From NCBI GenBank assembly GCA_903825245.1, contig CAIJZX010000031.1, forward strand, positions 14,413 through 78,412: a DNA stretch of 64,000 nucleotides, in the 5' to 3' direction. Below the pieces are notes generated by a model. That model searched no databases. It was not told the origin of the DNA and saw only the letters and a program-made list of their open reading frames with translations. How positions within the stretch are numbered: the first letter of the stretch is position 1; each line of letters starts with the position of its first letter. Origin of the DNA: Candidatus Kerfeldbacteria bacterium. Its GTDB lineage: Bacteria; Patescibacteriota; Patescibacteriia; SBBC01; CAIJZX01. This document shows positions 29,127 to 41,033 of this stretch, piece by piece. Position numbers and translations under genes: made by a program.

Positions 29127-29157
29127 AAAAGAAAAACCGTCGATTTATGATCGACGG
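29127..29157 (-). terminator. intrinsic terminator (ccgtcgat-ttatg-atcgacgg plus a U run on the minus strand) of the 29145..29480 gene
   Basis: 8-bp stem with TTTTTCTTTT on the minus strand. Confidence 0.6.
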
Positions 29158-29480
29158 CTGAGCCGCGGCAGATCGGCTGGATGCGCCTGGACGGACGTGA
29201 TGACGTGTTCAATCGTCAACCACCGACCGGTGCATGTGTGATGCATATGCTCGCACAAACCACACTTGGTAAGATACGCGCCGAGCTTGTAGTAATCGTC
29301 GTACTGAATCCCCAGAACACTGAGCCGGGTAGCATTCCGAATCAGCCGACGTGCCAGAAGAGTTTCCGGCCTTTTCCGCCGGTGCTGGTGTTCAGCAAAC
29401 GCGTAGATTGCGGTGACGACATTGGCGCGTACATCGTGACTTGTTGGCACAACTCCCTCCGTGGAAAAGGTACAAAGCAA
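29145..29480 (-). CDS. hypothetical protein (111 aa), weak HD-like His/Asp pattern
   Basis: Clean ORF; no confident domain. Confidence 0.4.
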   Translation of the reverse strand: MLCTFSTEGVVPTSHDVRANVVTAIYAFAEHQHRRKRPETLLARRLIRNATRLSVLGIQYDDYYKLGAYLTKCGLCEHMHHTCTGRWLTIEHVITSVQAHPADLPRLSRRS

Positions 29481-29516
29481 AACAGCCTTGCGGCTACCCT
29501 ACCATGTTAGCAAATA

Positions 29517-29600
29517 ATGTCAACCCAGCACCACAACGAAAAAAATTTCAAGAAATGAACGAGAAACTTAATTTTCTGTTGTGGTTCTGGATCAACGACT
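29517..29600. repeat. long inverted-repeat element, copy 1 (tcaacccagcaccacaacg ... ctgttgtggttctggatcaacg, about 40-nt AT-rich spacer); related to the element at 46629-46745
   Basis: Arms read directly; shares the CCCAGCACCACAA arm and the flanking TCAAC with copy 2. Confidence 0.6.
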
Positions 29601-29979
29601 AGGTCACCGCGACTTTTACTTTATACCACGACTTCACTTTCTTGTGATTCTTGATCACGTATTTATAACGCCAGACATACTTATATGTCACCTTTGCTAC
29701 TGAACTTGAACTCACTGTTTTGCCGACCGCGACTTTTGTTGAGGTGGCTTGCTTTTGCGACCAATTTTCCATTGCCCCATTCGGTCGTTCCGACCATGTT
29801 AGATTTGAACAGCTGGCGCCTTTCAACGTCTTACAATAGTAATTTCCACTGCTACAACTCACCCAATTTTTTGCCGCACATAAACCGGCCGGCGGATTGA
29901 CCGTGGCGGCGTTTGTAGGTGCGACGAAAGCGATCATCGCGGCGATAATCGGCAGGGTTACCATGAGGCGTTTAAGCAT
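29599..29979 (-). CDS. small secreted Cys-rich, Lys-rich hypothetical protein
   Basis: Signal peptide MLKRLMVTLPIIAAMIAFVAPTNA; six Cys; KYVWRYKYVIKNHKKVKSWYKVK tail. Confidence 0.5.
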   Translation of the reverse strand: MLKRLMVTLPIIAAMIAFVAPTNAATVNPPAGLCAAKNWVSCSSGNYYCKTLKGASCSNLTWSERPNGAMENWSQKQATSTKVAVGKTVSSSSVAKVTYKYVWRYKYVIKNHKKVKSWYKVKVAVT

Positions 29980-30112
29980 AGTATGCGCCCAGTGAGAAAA
30001 ACAGCCAATTCAGGGCAAAAGGCAGTATACCCTAAGCGGTATAATTTGGCAACCCAAACCGAGTCAACAAATACTCTTTGCAACATTAGCCCCTACTGCA
30101 ACCACTGGCAAT

Positions 30113-30772
30113 TTAAAAATGCCAGGTTACAACGATCTTGACTCGTTTGATGTTCAGTTTCGTAAAATCCCCACCTAGCGCGTCACCAACGCCACCGACA
30201 TCAACCTGCACTTGGGTACACCCGCCTAACATACAGAAGCTGGGAAATGGGCAAATACCACAACTACTTCCTCCTCCGCCGCCACTATTGGTGGGAGAAT
30301 TTGTTCCAGCTAGTGACGAACTTTGACCCGCTGTACTAATCGCCGACAATGCTTGTTCCCGAGTTATCCATCCATCTTCAGTCATTCCCTGTTCCTCAAC
30401 GATCGTTGGTAACGAGGTTTTTACTTGATTTATATATCCATCAATTTGACTGATATCGGTGACACCCCGGGCTTGAGCAATTGCTAACAACGACCCTCTA
30501 ACAGCCTCGTAGGAATCACCAGCAACCTCGACCGAAGTAGAGCCTGGCACACTATTAGCATTAATGTTTGAATTATTCGTGTTGACAGCGTTTGCGACCA
30601 CTGTTGTTTCTTCTGCTGGCTCGGCAACAACCGCTGTTTTCACTTTTGTAACACCAAAAATCGCATAGGTCATCCCACTCAAACCTAAACCAAGAAACAA
30701 ACCCGCGAGTCCGATCATCGCCATGGTCCTGGTTGAGCTGGAAACTTTGGTTGTCGTATTTTCCTGCCTCAT
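30113..30772 (-). CDS. membrane-anchored hypothetical protein with a Gly/Cys-rich C-terminal segment
   Basis: N-terminal TM helix; GGGGGSSCGICPFPSFCMLGGC near the C-terminus. Confidence 0.45.
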   Translation of the reverse strand: MRQENTTTKVSSSTRTMAMIGLAGLFLGLGLSGMTYAIFGVTKVKTAVVAEPAEETTVVANAVNTNNSNINANSVPGSTSVEVAGDSYEAVRGSLLAIAQARGVTDISQIDGYINQVKTSLPTIVEEQGMTEDGWITREQALSAISTAGQSSSLAGTNSPTNSGGGGGSSCGICPFPSFCMLGGCTQVQVDVGGVGDALGGDFTKLNIKRVKIVVTWHF

Positions 30773-30893
30773 GTGGATTGTTCGTTAGTGTTTTGATGAC
30801 CGATTGTAGTATACCGCTAAATATTCGGTTGTTGAAGTGCTACCGAACGAGTTATCCACACACCCAAATATCGTCTAAAAACTAGAAAACTCC

Positions 30894-31175
30894 TCAGCTA
30901 GGCACTTTTTCAGCGTGAATATAATCGCAACCCTTAGGGCCGATAGTAACGCTATGGAAGGCATTCGCTGGCACAAGAGCGTGGTCTCCAGGCTTCAGGA
31001 TCGTCGGTTTATGGTTCATTGAGACCAACATTCCCCCTTCGAGCACCTGATAGGCGAGAGCGTAGGCGTGGTAGTGCTGCGGGTAGACAAAATTCGGTTC
31101 GTCGCGGCGAATAACAACGCGACGGAATCCATGCTCCTTATAGTCGGCGATGACTTTATCTTCGGCCAGGCTCAT
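30894..31175 (-). CDS. cupin-domain protein
   Basis: HYHAYALAYQVLEGGM...GDHALVPANAFHSV two-His cupin motifs. Confidence 0.65.
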   Translation of the reverse strand: MSLAEDKVIADYKEHGFRRVVIRRDEPNFVYPQHYHAYALAYQVLEGGMLVSMNHKPTILKPGDHALVPANAFHSVTIGPKGCDYIHAEKVPS

Positions 31176-31200
31176 GGCTCAAGTATACGCCGCTTCAGTA

Positions 31201-31401
31201 CTATTGCAACAACGTCTGAACGTCGAGTGTTTTCAGATATTGCGGAATGACGAACCCAAGTCCAATCAGTGGCACGATGAACAAGACCGCGCCGACAATC
31301 AGCGACCACAAATACATCTTGCGCGTCGCTTCGGTACTTTTATAAATCTTTTCGATTTTTGCTTCGAGCGCGATCAGGCGTTTGTCGAGGTCTTGATCCA
31401 T
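31201..31401 (-). CDS. small hypothetical membrane protein (66 aa)
   Basis: Coiled N-terminus and a single TM helix. Confidence 0.4.
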   Translation of the reverse strand: MDQDLDKRLIALEAKIEKIYKSTEATRKMYLWSLIVGAVLFIVPLIGLGFVIPQYLKTLDVQTLLQ

Positions 31402-31402
31402 A

Positions 31403-31723
31403 TTATTGTTCCAAGTTCCTTATCTGCTGGATCGATGGCTTTGATGTTCGCTTCATCCAAAACCAAATTCCAAACGGAATACCATAAATCAACAACAAAT
31501 CAATAATTACGCTCACGATAATTCTTGGAAGTGAGATAACATCGAATGCCGGATCAACTCCATATTGATGTGTGGTTTGTAAATACTGAATGTCACTTTC
31601 TAAATGTGGATTCGGCACAACACCATTGATCGGCCAATGAAAAGTCCATCCAAGTATTAGTGAGAACCAGAGAGCCACGAAGAAATATATACTCCAACTT
31701 ATCTTCGCCTTCTTTGACACCAT
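31403..31723 (-). CDS. small hypothetical membrane protein (106 aa)
   Basis: Three hydrophobic segments; 2-nt gap to the previous gene. Confidence 0.4.
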   Translation of the reverse strand: MVSKKAKISWSIYFFVALWFSLILGWTFHWPINGVVPNPHLESDIQYLQTTHQYGVDPAFDVISLPRIIVSVIIDLLLIYGIPFGIWFWMKRTSKPSIQQIRNLEQ

Positions 31724-31738
31724 AACGTAATGGAAAAA

Positions 31739-33841
<2,103 letters not shown>

Positions 33842-34117
33842 TTATCTTTACGCTAAGGATAGCATAAAAGTGGCTCTGTGGACAAGTACCATAATCTTGA
33901 CAAAATGCCCCTATTCTGATAGGGTCTGTCCTGCCTTATAGCGATACGTTCCTTCTCCTGAAAATGAAGCGTGGAGGGTCAATGCCGAGAATCCGTACGA
34001 TGCCTCGACCCGACGCCAAGGAAGGCAAGAGAGTCGTTCACCCAGTAGGTTACGCAGAAATGCGGCTGCAGCAAAAGCAGACTTCCCGGAATCAGCCAGA
34101 TACTTCACTGGTTACGA

Positions 34118-35398
34118 TCATAACTGCCACGCGCTCATTCCGCCAATTGAAGGCGGATAATACCTGATAAACGCGTGATGCCAATTTCGATCACCGACAC
34201 GCGACATTCGCCGCATGCCAGGATCGCTCACCATCCCCTCCGCCTCATCCCGGAGGTTTTTTCTTTGGTCAAGAATGTACTCAAAATGCTGAATTAAGGC
34301 TCGGTGATCTAGCATAGCTTGAGTGAGTATCTGACGGTCTCCCTCAAATGAGGGTCCAATTTTTTCCAATTGTTCGAGTTGAGTTATGAGTTGCTCATGA
34401 AGCGATAGAGGCAAGAGATATTGAAGCACCGGATCCGTTTCATATTCCTTCAATAATTTATCAACAGTGGATTGATCGGTTGCGTCATGCGCCTCAATTA
34501 AGTTCAGGTCTTCAGTCATGCTATCAACTCGCGATTTATCAAGTGCCAGAATAAGTGGAGTAAAGCGTTCTTCTTTTGCTACCGCTGGACGGTGATGAGA
34601 TGGGTCGCCAATAGTAGCGTGAAGAACCTGACGGCTTGGTTGTTGAAAATTCCGCCAAAGTTTCTTTCGAAGCAGATCATCATCTGAGGTGAGTGTATAA
34701 TCAATGCCAAGAGCGATCCGCCGTTCTGAACCATCATCTTCTTTTACAGGGATATATGCATAAAAGTCTACACCGTTTCGGAAATCATCACGTTCGGCGG
34801 ATGGACTGAATTCCACACCCGTACCAAGCGTTTTCAGAAGCGACATCCAGTCTGCTACGACAGGTTCTGTTTTTTTTGTATACTCATACAATTCATATGC
34901 GGCTGGTGAATCCGTATTTTGCCGGCGATGCATTTCCTCAACCTGAGTAGACTGTGTTGTATTCATCTCGTTTTTTACAGTTGCCGATGCTTTCCATTCA
35001 TCAGCTCGTACCTGGAGCCGTCGTCGGCTCAGTTCTTGATGCCGTTCAACAACATGTTGCTGCTGCTGCTCAGTTTGGCGTTTCACCGCCCTGGCCAGCT
35101 CAGGCAATGCACCAAAAACAATATGACCTAGCAGTTGTTTCCGATATTGAGCATCAGACTGTCTCGGTTGACGAAATTTTTCCTGCAACGCGGCTGTAGT
35201 TTGAAATTCATGCCCTACCATATTTAAACGTCTTACCATTTTTTCTTCTAATACCTCTAAACTCTCTATCGGCCAGTCCTCTAATTCTTCGGGTGAATAC
35301 TGAGCTAACTCAGCAATCGTAAAACGCCGATCGTTAAGCTCCTCCGGGGTTGGCACCTGCTTTGACTCTTCAAGAATAGACGCTTCTTCAATCGACAT
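34118..35398 (-). CDS. hypothetical acidic, Gln/Glu-rich protein (426 aa), no recognisable domain
   Basis: Clean long ORF; 16 nt upstream of pheT on the same strand. Confidence 0.45.
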   Translation of the reverse strand: MSIEEASILEESKQVPTPEELNDRRFTIAELAQYSPEELEDWPIESLEVLEEKMVRRLNMVGHEFQTTAALQEKFRQPRQSDAQYRKQLLGHIVFGALPELARAVKRQTEQQQQHVVERHQELSRRRLQVRADEWKASATVKNEMNTTQSTQVEEMHRRQNTDSPAAYELYEYTKKTEPVVADWMSLLKTLGTGVEFSPSAERDDFRNGVDFYAYIPVKEDDGSERRIALGIDYTLTSDDDLLRKKLWRNFQQPSRQVLHATIGDPSHHRPAVAKEERFTPLILALDKSRVDSMTEDLNLIEAHDATDQSTVDKLLKEYETDPVLQYLLPLSLHEQLITQLEQLEKIGPSFEGDRQILTQAMLDHRALIQHFEYILDQRKNLRDEAEGMVSDPGMRRMSRVGDRNWHHAFIRYYPPSIGGMSAWQL

Positions 35399-35413
35399 TA
35401 TTGGTTGTTTGTG

Positions 35414-37687
35414 TTAACGAATTATTGCCCCAGCCCCAACAAGCGCCGTTTTAATCTTTTGCTCTTCAGCGTCAACTTCAGTTTTTGTCAGCGTCCTTTC
35501 TGCTGACTGATACACAAAATTTACTTTATAACTCGTCTTTCCATCTTTTTCATAATGATCAGTAATGTTGTATTCCTTCATGAAGGCAAGTGTCATGACG
35601 TCAATCGTGGCGTGAATTGCAGCTTCCTCCTTCGGCCACCAGAAAGAAATATCGCGCGTGATTACCGGAAACTTTGATTGTTCATGAACTTCTACGTTTT
35701 TTGTGATGTGGCGCGACGGGTCCCAAGCGCCGAAAACAAGTTTCGAATCTTGCCGCAGATCTTTCAGGTCAAATTCACAGCATTCGATCATTCGACCGCG
35801 TACCAATGTCGGAGACATAAAAGATTTTTCTGGTTGAACGGTCGTGGCAAGTTTTTCATGAACCATATCCAATACATTCTTGAGCTCCTCCCCACCTTTA
35901 TGGGTTGTACCTAGCGCTACTTTCCACGTTTGCTGGCGATCAACTGAGCCCGAAAGTTCGGGATCAAAGACGTTCCCGATTTCGAAAATCATGGCATCAC
36001 GCCCGGCATCGGCTTGCCGCTGGAGTATATCGTTCATTTGTGGCAATAAACTTTTTCGCATATTGTGTTGCTTCACATCGAGCGGATTAGCGACTTCGAA
36101 GTGACTACCGTTCACTACTTTCGCATCAGCTTCGCTGTAAAAAGCCAGCGAAATAACTTCGGTACATCCCATATCAGCTAGAATATTTTTCACCTCTTCT
36201 TTAAAACGAATGTCTGGGGGCAACTCTTTAGCGTTCTGCTCACTCGACGGCATATCATCAGGGAGCTGTTCATAACCCACCATTCGTCCGACCTCATCAA
36301 CAATATCTTCCGGAATCGTTACATCAGGGCGCCATTCGGGAATGGTAACGGTCCACGATTTCGTCGTACCGTGGATTTTGAACCCCAGCTTCGTCAGTAT
36401 CGATTTGCTCTTCGCAACAGAAAGTTTCATACCAAGACGATCGGCAATATACTCTGGGTCAATATCGATAGTTCGCAGTTGTTGTTCAGTCAAACCGGTA
36501 CTCACGATGCCCTGCTCAACCGTACCACCGCATAGTTCAGAAATCATCGCCGCCGCGGCCGCACTCGCCTGCTTTGTTAACGACGGCCAGAGTCCTTTTT
36601 CAAATCGTTTGGAGGCCTCGGAAACCAAACCGAAGCGTCGTGATGTTTTTCGAATCGACACTGAGGAAAAGAGCGCCGCTTCGAGAACGATATCGGTTGC
36701 TTGTTCAGTCACTTCCGTATCCTGGCCGCCCATAATGCCGGCAATACCAATGACTCGATCAGTATCGGCAATGACCAACATATCGTTCGTCAGCGTACGC
36801 ATCTTGCTATCAAGTGTCGTCAGTTTTTCCCCAGCAATTGCCGTACGGGCGATTATTGTAGCACCGTGCACCTTCGCTAAATCATAGGCATGCAACGGCT
36901 GGCCGTATTCCAGCATAACGTAGTTTGTGATATCGACAATGGCGTTCACCGAACGCATCCCCGCCAACTGTAAACGGTTTACCATCCACATCGGCGTCGG
37001 CACCAGCTTTACTCCGCGAATCACACGTGCTGTCAGTAATGAACAAAGCTTAGCATCAGCACTTTCCACCATTAAAATATCCTTCGCTAAAGTTTTTCCT
37101 TCTGATAATTTCACGGTTGCAAATTTCGGCGTTTGCGAAATCATCACGCCAATTTCCCAAGCTAGTCCGCGCATCGACATCAGGTCCGAACGGTTGGCCG
37201 GTATTGCTATGTCGATGACTGTTTCTGCCGGAATGATTTCACTGAAAAGTGTGCCAACTTCAACTGATGCATTAAGAACAAAGATACCGCTATGATCCGC
37301 TCCTAATCCCAATTCGTCTTTTGCGCACAACATGCCGTTTGACGTCACGCCGCGAATCGCACGCGACTCAATCGTCATGCCGTTCGGCAATGTTGCGCCA
37401 ATAAGCGCCACCGGAACTTTCTGACCGATCTCGATGTTCGGTGCTCCGCACACAATTTCCTGCGGCTCGCCATTCGGCGTTATCACAACATCCGCTAACC
37501 GCAATTTATCAGCGTTCGGATGCGGCTTGATGTCGACAATTTCACCGACAACGACGTGAGCATACGCATCGCCCTGCTCGAGGACATCATCAACATCTAA
37601 TCCGTGCATCATCAACGTCTCCACCAACGTTGTTGTCGGCGGTAGTTTCGGAAGGTAGGACTTCAGCCAAGAAATCGGAACGCGCAT
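35414..37687 (-). CDS. pheT: phenylalanine--tRNA ligase beta subunit
   Basis: MRVPISWLKSYL N-terminus; tRNA-binding, B3/4, B5 and FDX-ACB regions. Confidence 0.92.
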   Translation of the reverse strand: MRVPISWLKSYLPKLPPTTTLVETLMMHGLDVDDVLEQGDAYAHVVVGEIVDIKPHPNADKLRLADVVITPNGEPQEIVCGAPNIEIGQKVPVALIGATLPNGMTIESRAIRGVTSNGMLCAKDELGLGADHSGIFVLNASVEVGTLFSEIIPAETVIDIAIPANRSDLMSMRGLAWEIGVMISQTPKFATVKLSEGKTLAKDILMVESADAKLCSLLTARVIRGVKLVPTPMWMVNRLQLAGMRSVNAIVDITNYVMLEYGQPLHAYDLAKVHGATIIARTAIAGEKLTTLDSKMRTLTNDMLVIADTDRVIGIAGIMGGQDTEVTEQATDIVLEAALFSSVSIRKTSRRFGLVSEASKRFEKGLWPSLTKQASAAAAAMISELCGGTVEQGIVSTGLTEQQLRTIDIDPEYIADRLGMKLSVAKSKSILTKLGFKIHGTTKSWTVTIPEWRPDVTIPEDIVDEVGRMVGYEQLPDDMPSSEQNAKELPPDIRFKEEVKNILADMGCTEVISLAFYSEADAKVVNGSHFEVANPLDVKQHNMRKSLLPQMNDILQRQADAGRDAMIFEIGNVFDPELSGSVDRQQTWKVALGTTHKGGEELKNVLDMVHEKLATTVQPEKSFMSPTLVRGRMIECCEFDLKDLRQDSKLVFGAWDPSRHITKNVEVHEQSKFPVITRDISFWWPKEEAAIHATIDVMTLAFMKEYNITDHYEKDGKTSYKVNFVYQSAERTLTKTEVDAEEQKIKTALVGAGAIIR

Positions 37688-37796
37688 ACCCGGTACTACA
37701 ACAGTGAATAATAAAAAATTTGGAAAAACATTTGTTCTCGCTTGAAATCTACTATTGAGAGCGATGGTATTGTTCTTGCTGTTGTAGTACCGGGCA
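37688..37796. repeat. 16-bp perfect inverted repeat (cccggtactacaacag / ctgttgtagtaccggg) flanking a 75-nt AT-rich spacer in the pheS-pheT intergenic region
   Basis: Read directly; arms are exact reverse complements; flanked by cata on both sides. Confidence 0.6.
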
Positions 37797-37800
37797 TAAA

Positions 37801-38520
37801 TTAAAACTGTTTCAAAAAATCGAGATTACCGTTATAAAATTGCCGGATATCGATCACGCCGTACTCAAGCATGGCTAGCCGATCAAGTCCGCCGCCAAAA
37901 GCAAATCCTTGCCACTCCTTCGGATTCAAGCCCATAGCCGTGATGACGTTCGGATGGACCAGACCGGCGCCGAGCACTTCTAGCCACTTTCCAGGTTTTC
38001 CCGATTGCTCCCACCAGACATCAATTTCCATTCCAGGTTCAACGAACGGAAAAAAGCTCGGACGGATGCGCGTTTTTTTATCCGGATACAGTTTCTTGAT
38101 AAAAGCATTCAGCGTCGAGACGAGTTGCGCCATCGTCACCTGACGATCGATGTAGACGCCGTCGCATTGAAAAAACATCGACTCATGTGTTGCATCAGTC
38201 GCTTCATTCCGATAGACCTTCCCGATTTCCACCACTTTAAACGGCGGTTGCATCTTGTGCGTCACCGGCCAACGCATTTGCACGGTTGAGGAATGCGTTC
38301 GCAGGACGAGTTCTGGATGATACTTTATAAAAAACGTATCTTGTATATCGCGTGCCGGATGATCTGGAGGAAAGTTTAAATCATCAAAGTTAAACTTCGC
38401 GGTTTCCAATTCCGGACCCTCGTGGAGTTCATAGCCAAAACTGCGCCAAATATCCAGTACCCGGCGGGCATATTGTGTAATTGGATGCAGATGACCGCGT
38501 TCAGGACGAATACTGCTCAT
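37801..38520 (-). CDS. pheS: phenylalanine--tRNA ligase alpha subunit, catalytic core only (N-terminal coiled-coil arm absent)
   Basis: FDDLNFPPDHPARDIQDTFF and the class II motifs; only about 240-257 aa; the upstream ORF is an unrelated membrane protein. Confidence 0.85.
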   Translation of the reverse strand: MSSIRPERGHLHPITQYARRVLDIWRSFGYELHEGPELETAKFNFDDLNFPPDHPARDIQDTFFIKYHPELVLRTHSSTVQMRWPVTHKMQPPFKVVEIGKVYRNEATDATHESMFFQCDGVYIDRQVTMAQLVSTLNAFIKKLYPDKKTRIRPSFFPFVEPGMEIDVWWEQSGKPGKWLEVLGAGLVHPNVITAMGLNPKEWQGFAFGGGLDRLAMLEYGVIDIRQFYNGNLDFLKQF

Positions 38521-38917
38521 GAGAAGAAGAATCAACCGATTGTTTCGTCTGACCAGCGAGGAAGAATAATTCAATCACCACTGCCAAAGCAACTAAGGCA
38601 ATGATTGACCATACGCTCAATAGTCGGCGGCTTTGCAGCAAGAGTGCCAAGGTCGATCCACAACTGACTAACGTACCATGGCGTAGGGCAACGGCAATCT
38701 GCCGAAACAAAACCGCATCTTTTTCCAACCAGTAGCGAATAAAGAAGCCACCAATCGTGGCGGTACCGAACATGGCCAGAAAGAAGCTGGCGTAGAACAA
38801 GATAAACGCCACCATCCCACCGTTCGTCGGGTCGAGTGTCATCAAGACAAATACCCACGCCACCCACGACAGTGCCGTACCAACCGACAAGAAGATAAGA
38901 AATCGAACGAGTGACAT
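38501..38917 (-). CDS. hypothetical membrane protein (four TM helices)
   Basis: Hydrophobic 138-aa ORF overlapping the pheS start region. Confidence 0.45.
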   Translation of the reverse strand: MSLVRFLIFLSVGTALSWVAWVFVLMTLDPTNGGMVAFILFYASFFLAMFGTATIGGFFIRYWLEKDAVLFRQIAVALRHGTLVSCGSTLALLLQSRRLLSVWSIIALVALAVVIELFFLAGQTKQSVDSSSHEQYSS

Positions 38918-38988
38918 GTGCTGATAGTGTACTGATTTTAGGACAATTTGACAAGCCGAGGTGTAGGGTAGAAAAACGCCGTCTGTTG

Positions 38989-39789
38989 TCAGGCGGCGTG
39001 TTGGATGTCAGTGAGACATCGTTGTTGCAATATGCGAATACGTTCCATGATGCCTTCGGCGACGCGACAATTGCGTTCGCGATGATCGCCGTCACCGGCC
39101 ATGGCCAAAATCTCTACCGGCGTGATATCTTCGCCGATGATGACGATGAGCAGCTGACCGGTGCGAAGATCAAGCAACCACTCGACGTTCTCACCGAATA
39201 CTGGACGCAACCACGTTATCGGCGGATCGCCCGGATATTTTCGATACGGGCAGAAACGTCCGTAATAGTACACCGGACGAACTGTGGCACCGGTGGCCAA
39301 CGCCATCGCTCCAACCTGCGGTTGTGGCAATGAGAGCTCTTCGCTGATCGACCGGGTTCCTTCAGGATACACATGAACGACGCCCTCATCGTTGAGCACC
39401 TCACACGCTTTCAGGTATGCGGCATGATCATGCCGTTGGCCGGTAGCGTCCCGGTGCACCGGAATGACGCGCATCGTACGGTAGACAAATCGCAAGAGCC
39501 AACTATCAATCCCCTCGCGCGCATCAGCCAGGTTGTACGGCATCAGGCGCGGCTTCCACAGTAGCCAGGGAAAGCACGTTACCAGGCCGATGAGAAAACT
39601 ATCGCGGCTGTCCTTGTGATTCGAGACAATCATCAATCGCGATTGCGGTCCGCGATTGCGTGCGCCGAAGACGTGCGTCCGGTTCAAAACGTAAAACCCG
39701 AAAGCACTGACCGTACCGGCAAACACTATCACCAGGTAGCAAACGAGCCATGAGACCAAGCTCATCAACCCGTTTCTCAACCGATTCAT
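38989..39789 (-). CDS. plsC: lysophospholipid (1-acyl-sn-glycerol-3-phosphate) acyltransferase
   Basis: N-terminal TM helix, NHKDSRD (HX4D) motif, PEGTRS motif. Confidence 0.75.
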   Translation of the reverse strand: MNRLRNGLMSLVSWLVCYLVIVFAGTVSAFGFYVLNRTHVFGARNRGPQSRLMIVSNHKDSRDSFLIGLVTCFPWLLWKPRLMPYNLADAREGIDSWLLRFVYRTMRVIPVHRDATGQRHDHAAYLKACEVLNDEGVVHVYPEGTRSISEELSLPQPQVGAMALATGATVRPVYYYGRFCPYRKYPGDPPITWLRPVFGENVEWLLDLRTGQLLIVIIGEDITPVEILAMAGDGDHRERNCRVAEGIMERIRILQQRCLTDIQHAA

Positions 39790-39902
39790 ATATCCTCCAG
39801 AAGGAAGTGTCGTTTGGAAAGAACAACTTGTTTGTCGACCTTACGCCTACCTAAAAATTCTGTCAATTGATAGTACTGACCACCCAAACAGAAATCCTTC
39901 CC

Positions 39903-40003
39903 CTCACACCAATTGGAAGTAATGTAAATAAAGTATTTCCTACTATTTTCTCTCTTTAATATTAGTAACTAAAAAAACGCGCCAGTGCCAATTGGTGTGG
40001 GGG
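39903..40003. repeat. long inverted-repeat element (cccctcacaccaattgg ... ccaattggtgtggggg) with a 68-nt AT-rich spacer
   Basis: Arms read directly; one bulge; lies immediately 5' of the 10-5-10 palindrome. Confidence 0.55.
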
Positions 40004-40030
40004 CTTATTGGGACTGAGTCCCAATAAGAG
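40004..40030. repeat. perfect palindrome cttattggga-ctgag-tcccaataag (copy A)
   Basis: 10-bp arms with a 5-bp spacer; further copies at 43992-44019 and 44710-44738. Confidence 0.8.
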
Positions 40031-40166
40031 TTCTTGTCATCCTGAGCATAGTCGAAGGATGAGGCTCTCGAAGCCTGACGGGTAAAGACAATCCGGTTAA
40101 AACTTGACAATCACCGCTGTCAGCATAGTATTGTTAATACATGGTGGCGCAACCCTTGTTTTTTTC

Positions 40167-40487
40167 ATGCACACCTATTACGTTTACATCCTCCAATGTG
40201 CCGACGGATCATATTACACGGGAGTTACGTGCGATATGGATCGCCGACTTGATGACCACCAAACTGGACGTCATAAAAAATCCTACACCTATACTCGTCG
40301 GCCGGTGAAGCTGGTCTATGTTGATGTGACCGATGATGTCGGTGGAGCGATATTCAAAGAGAAACAAATCCAGGGTTGGTCGAGAAAAAAGAAGGAAGCG
40401 TTAATTCAACGACAAGAATACCTGTTACCAGACTTAGCGCGCGGTCGACGCGGGTATTTAAAAAGAAGCAAACGTCTGTCACCCTGA
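40167..40487 (+). CDS. GIY-YIG nuclease family protein (UPF0213/YhbQ-like small endonuclease)
   Basis: YYVYILQCADGSYYTGVTCDMDRRLDDH is the GIY-YIG motif; start set at MHTYYVYIL. Confidence 0.8.
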   Translation: MHTYYVYILQCADGSYYTGVTCDMDRRLDDHQTGRHKKSYTYTRRPVKLVYVDVTDDVGGAIFKEKQIQGWSRKKKEALIQRQEYLLPDLARGRRGYLKRSKRLSP

Positions 40488-40639
40488 GCATAGTCGAAGG
40501 GCGACAAAGGTCCCGCTTATCTCAGTCCTGCTTCGACTGAGCTCAGCATGACAATATCCTTTCATCCTTGACTTTCCCCTACTTGGTAGTAAGCTCAGTG
40601 CAGAAATAGTTCCTTCCACTCCCACTCCGGAGGCACAGA

Positions 40640-41011
40640 ATGAAGGCAACAACCGCCCTGAATTGGTTCGTTCGGTTGCTCAGCTACCTTCTTCCGCCGC
40701 TGTTCCTTTTCCGGCTCTACCGGAAGTATCAGCACGGCACACCTGACGGCGTCATGTTCGGCTCTGACGCCATCCTCAAGGTGGCCATTCTTGCCACCAT
40801 CATCTACGTGCTCTGTATCATCACGATACCAGTTATCATGGTTCGTCACGCAGAAGGTGGCCACCCTTCACAGGCCTGGGGAATGGCATGGTATGTCTAT
40901 GGCTCTTGGGCGGCATATATGATGTGCTGGAACTTCTGGGCTGACCTCCGTGCGGCCGAACACAACGAAAAACAGCAACATACGTTGCAATTAAATTCAG
41001 TCACTTCCTGA
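40640..41011 (+). CDS. hypothetical membrane protein (123 aa)
   Basis: GGAGG 9 nt upstream of the ATG; three TM helices; preferred over the antisense ORF. Confidence 0.5.
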   Translation: MKATTALNWFVRLLSYLLPPLFLFRLYRKYQHGTPDGVMFGSDAILKVAILATIIYVLCIITIPVIMVRHAEGGHPSQAWGMAWYVYGSWAAYMMCWNFWADLRAAEHNEKQQHTLQLNSVTS

Positions 41012-41032
41012 CGGACACCCGTCAGGTTTTTT
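41007..41032. terminator. bidirectional intrinsic terminator cctgacgg-acaccc-gtcagg-tttttt between the convergent 40640..41011 and helicase genes
   Basis: 8-bp stem followed by six U. Confidence 0.75.
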
Positions 41033-41033
41033 C

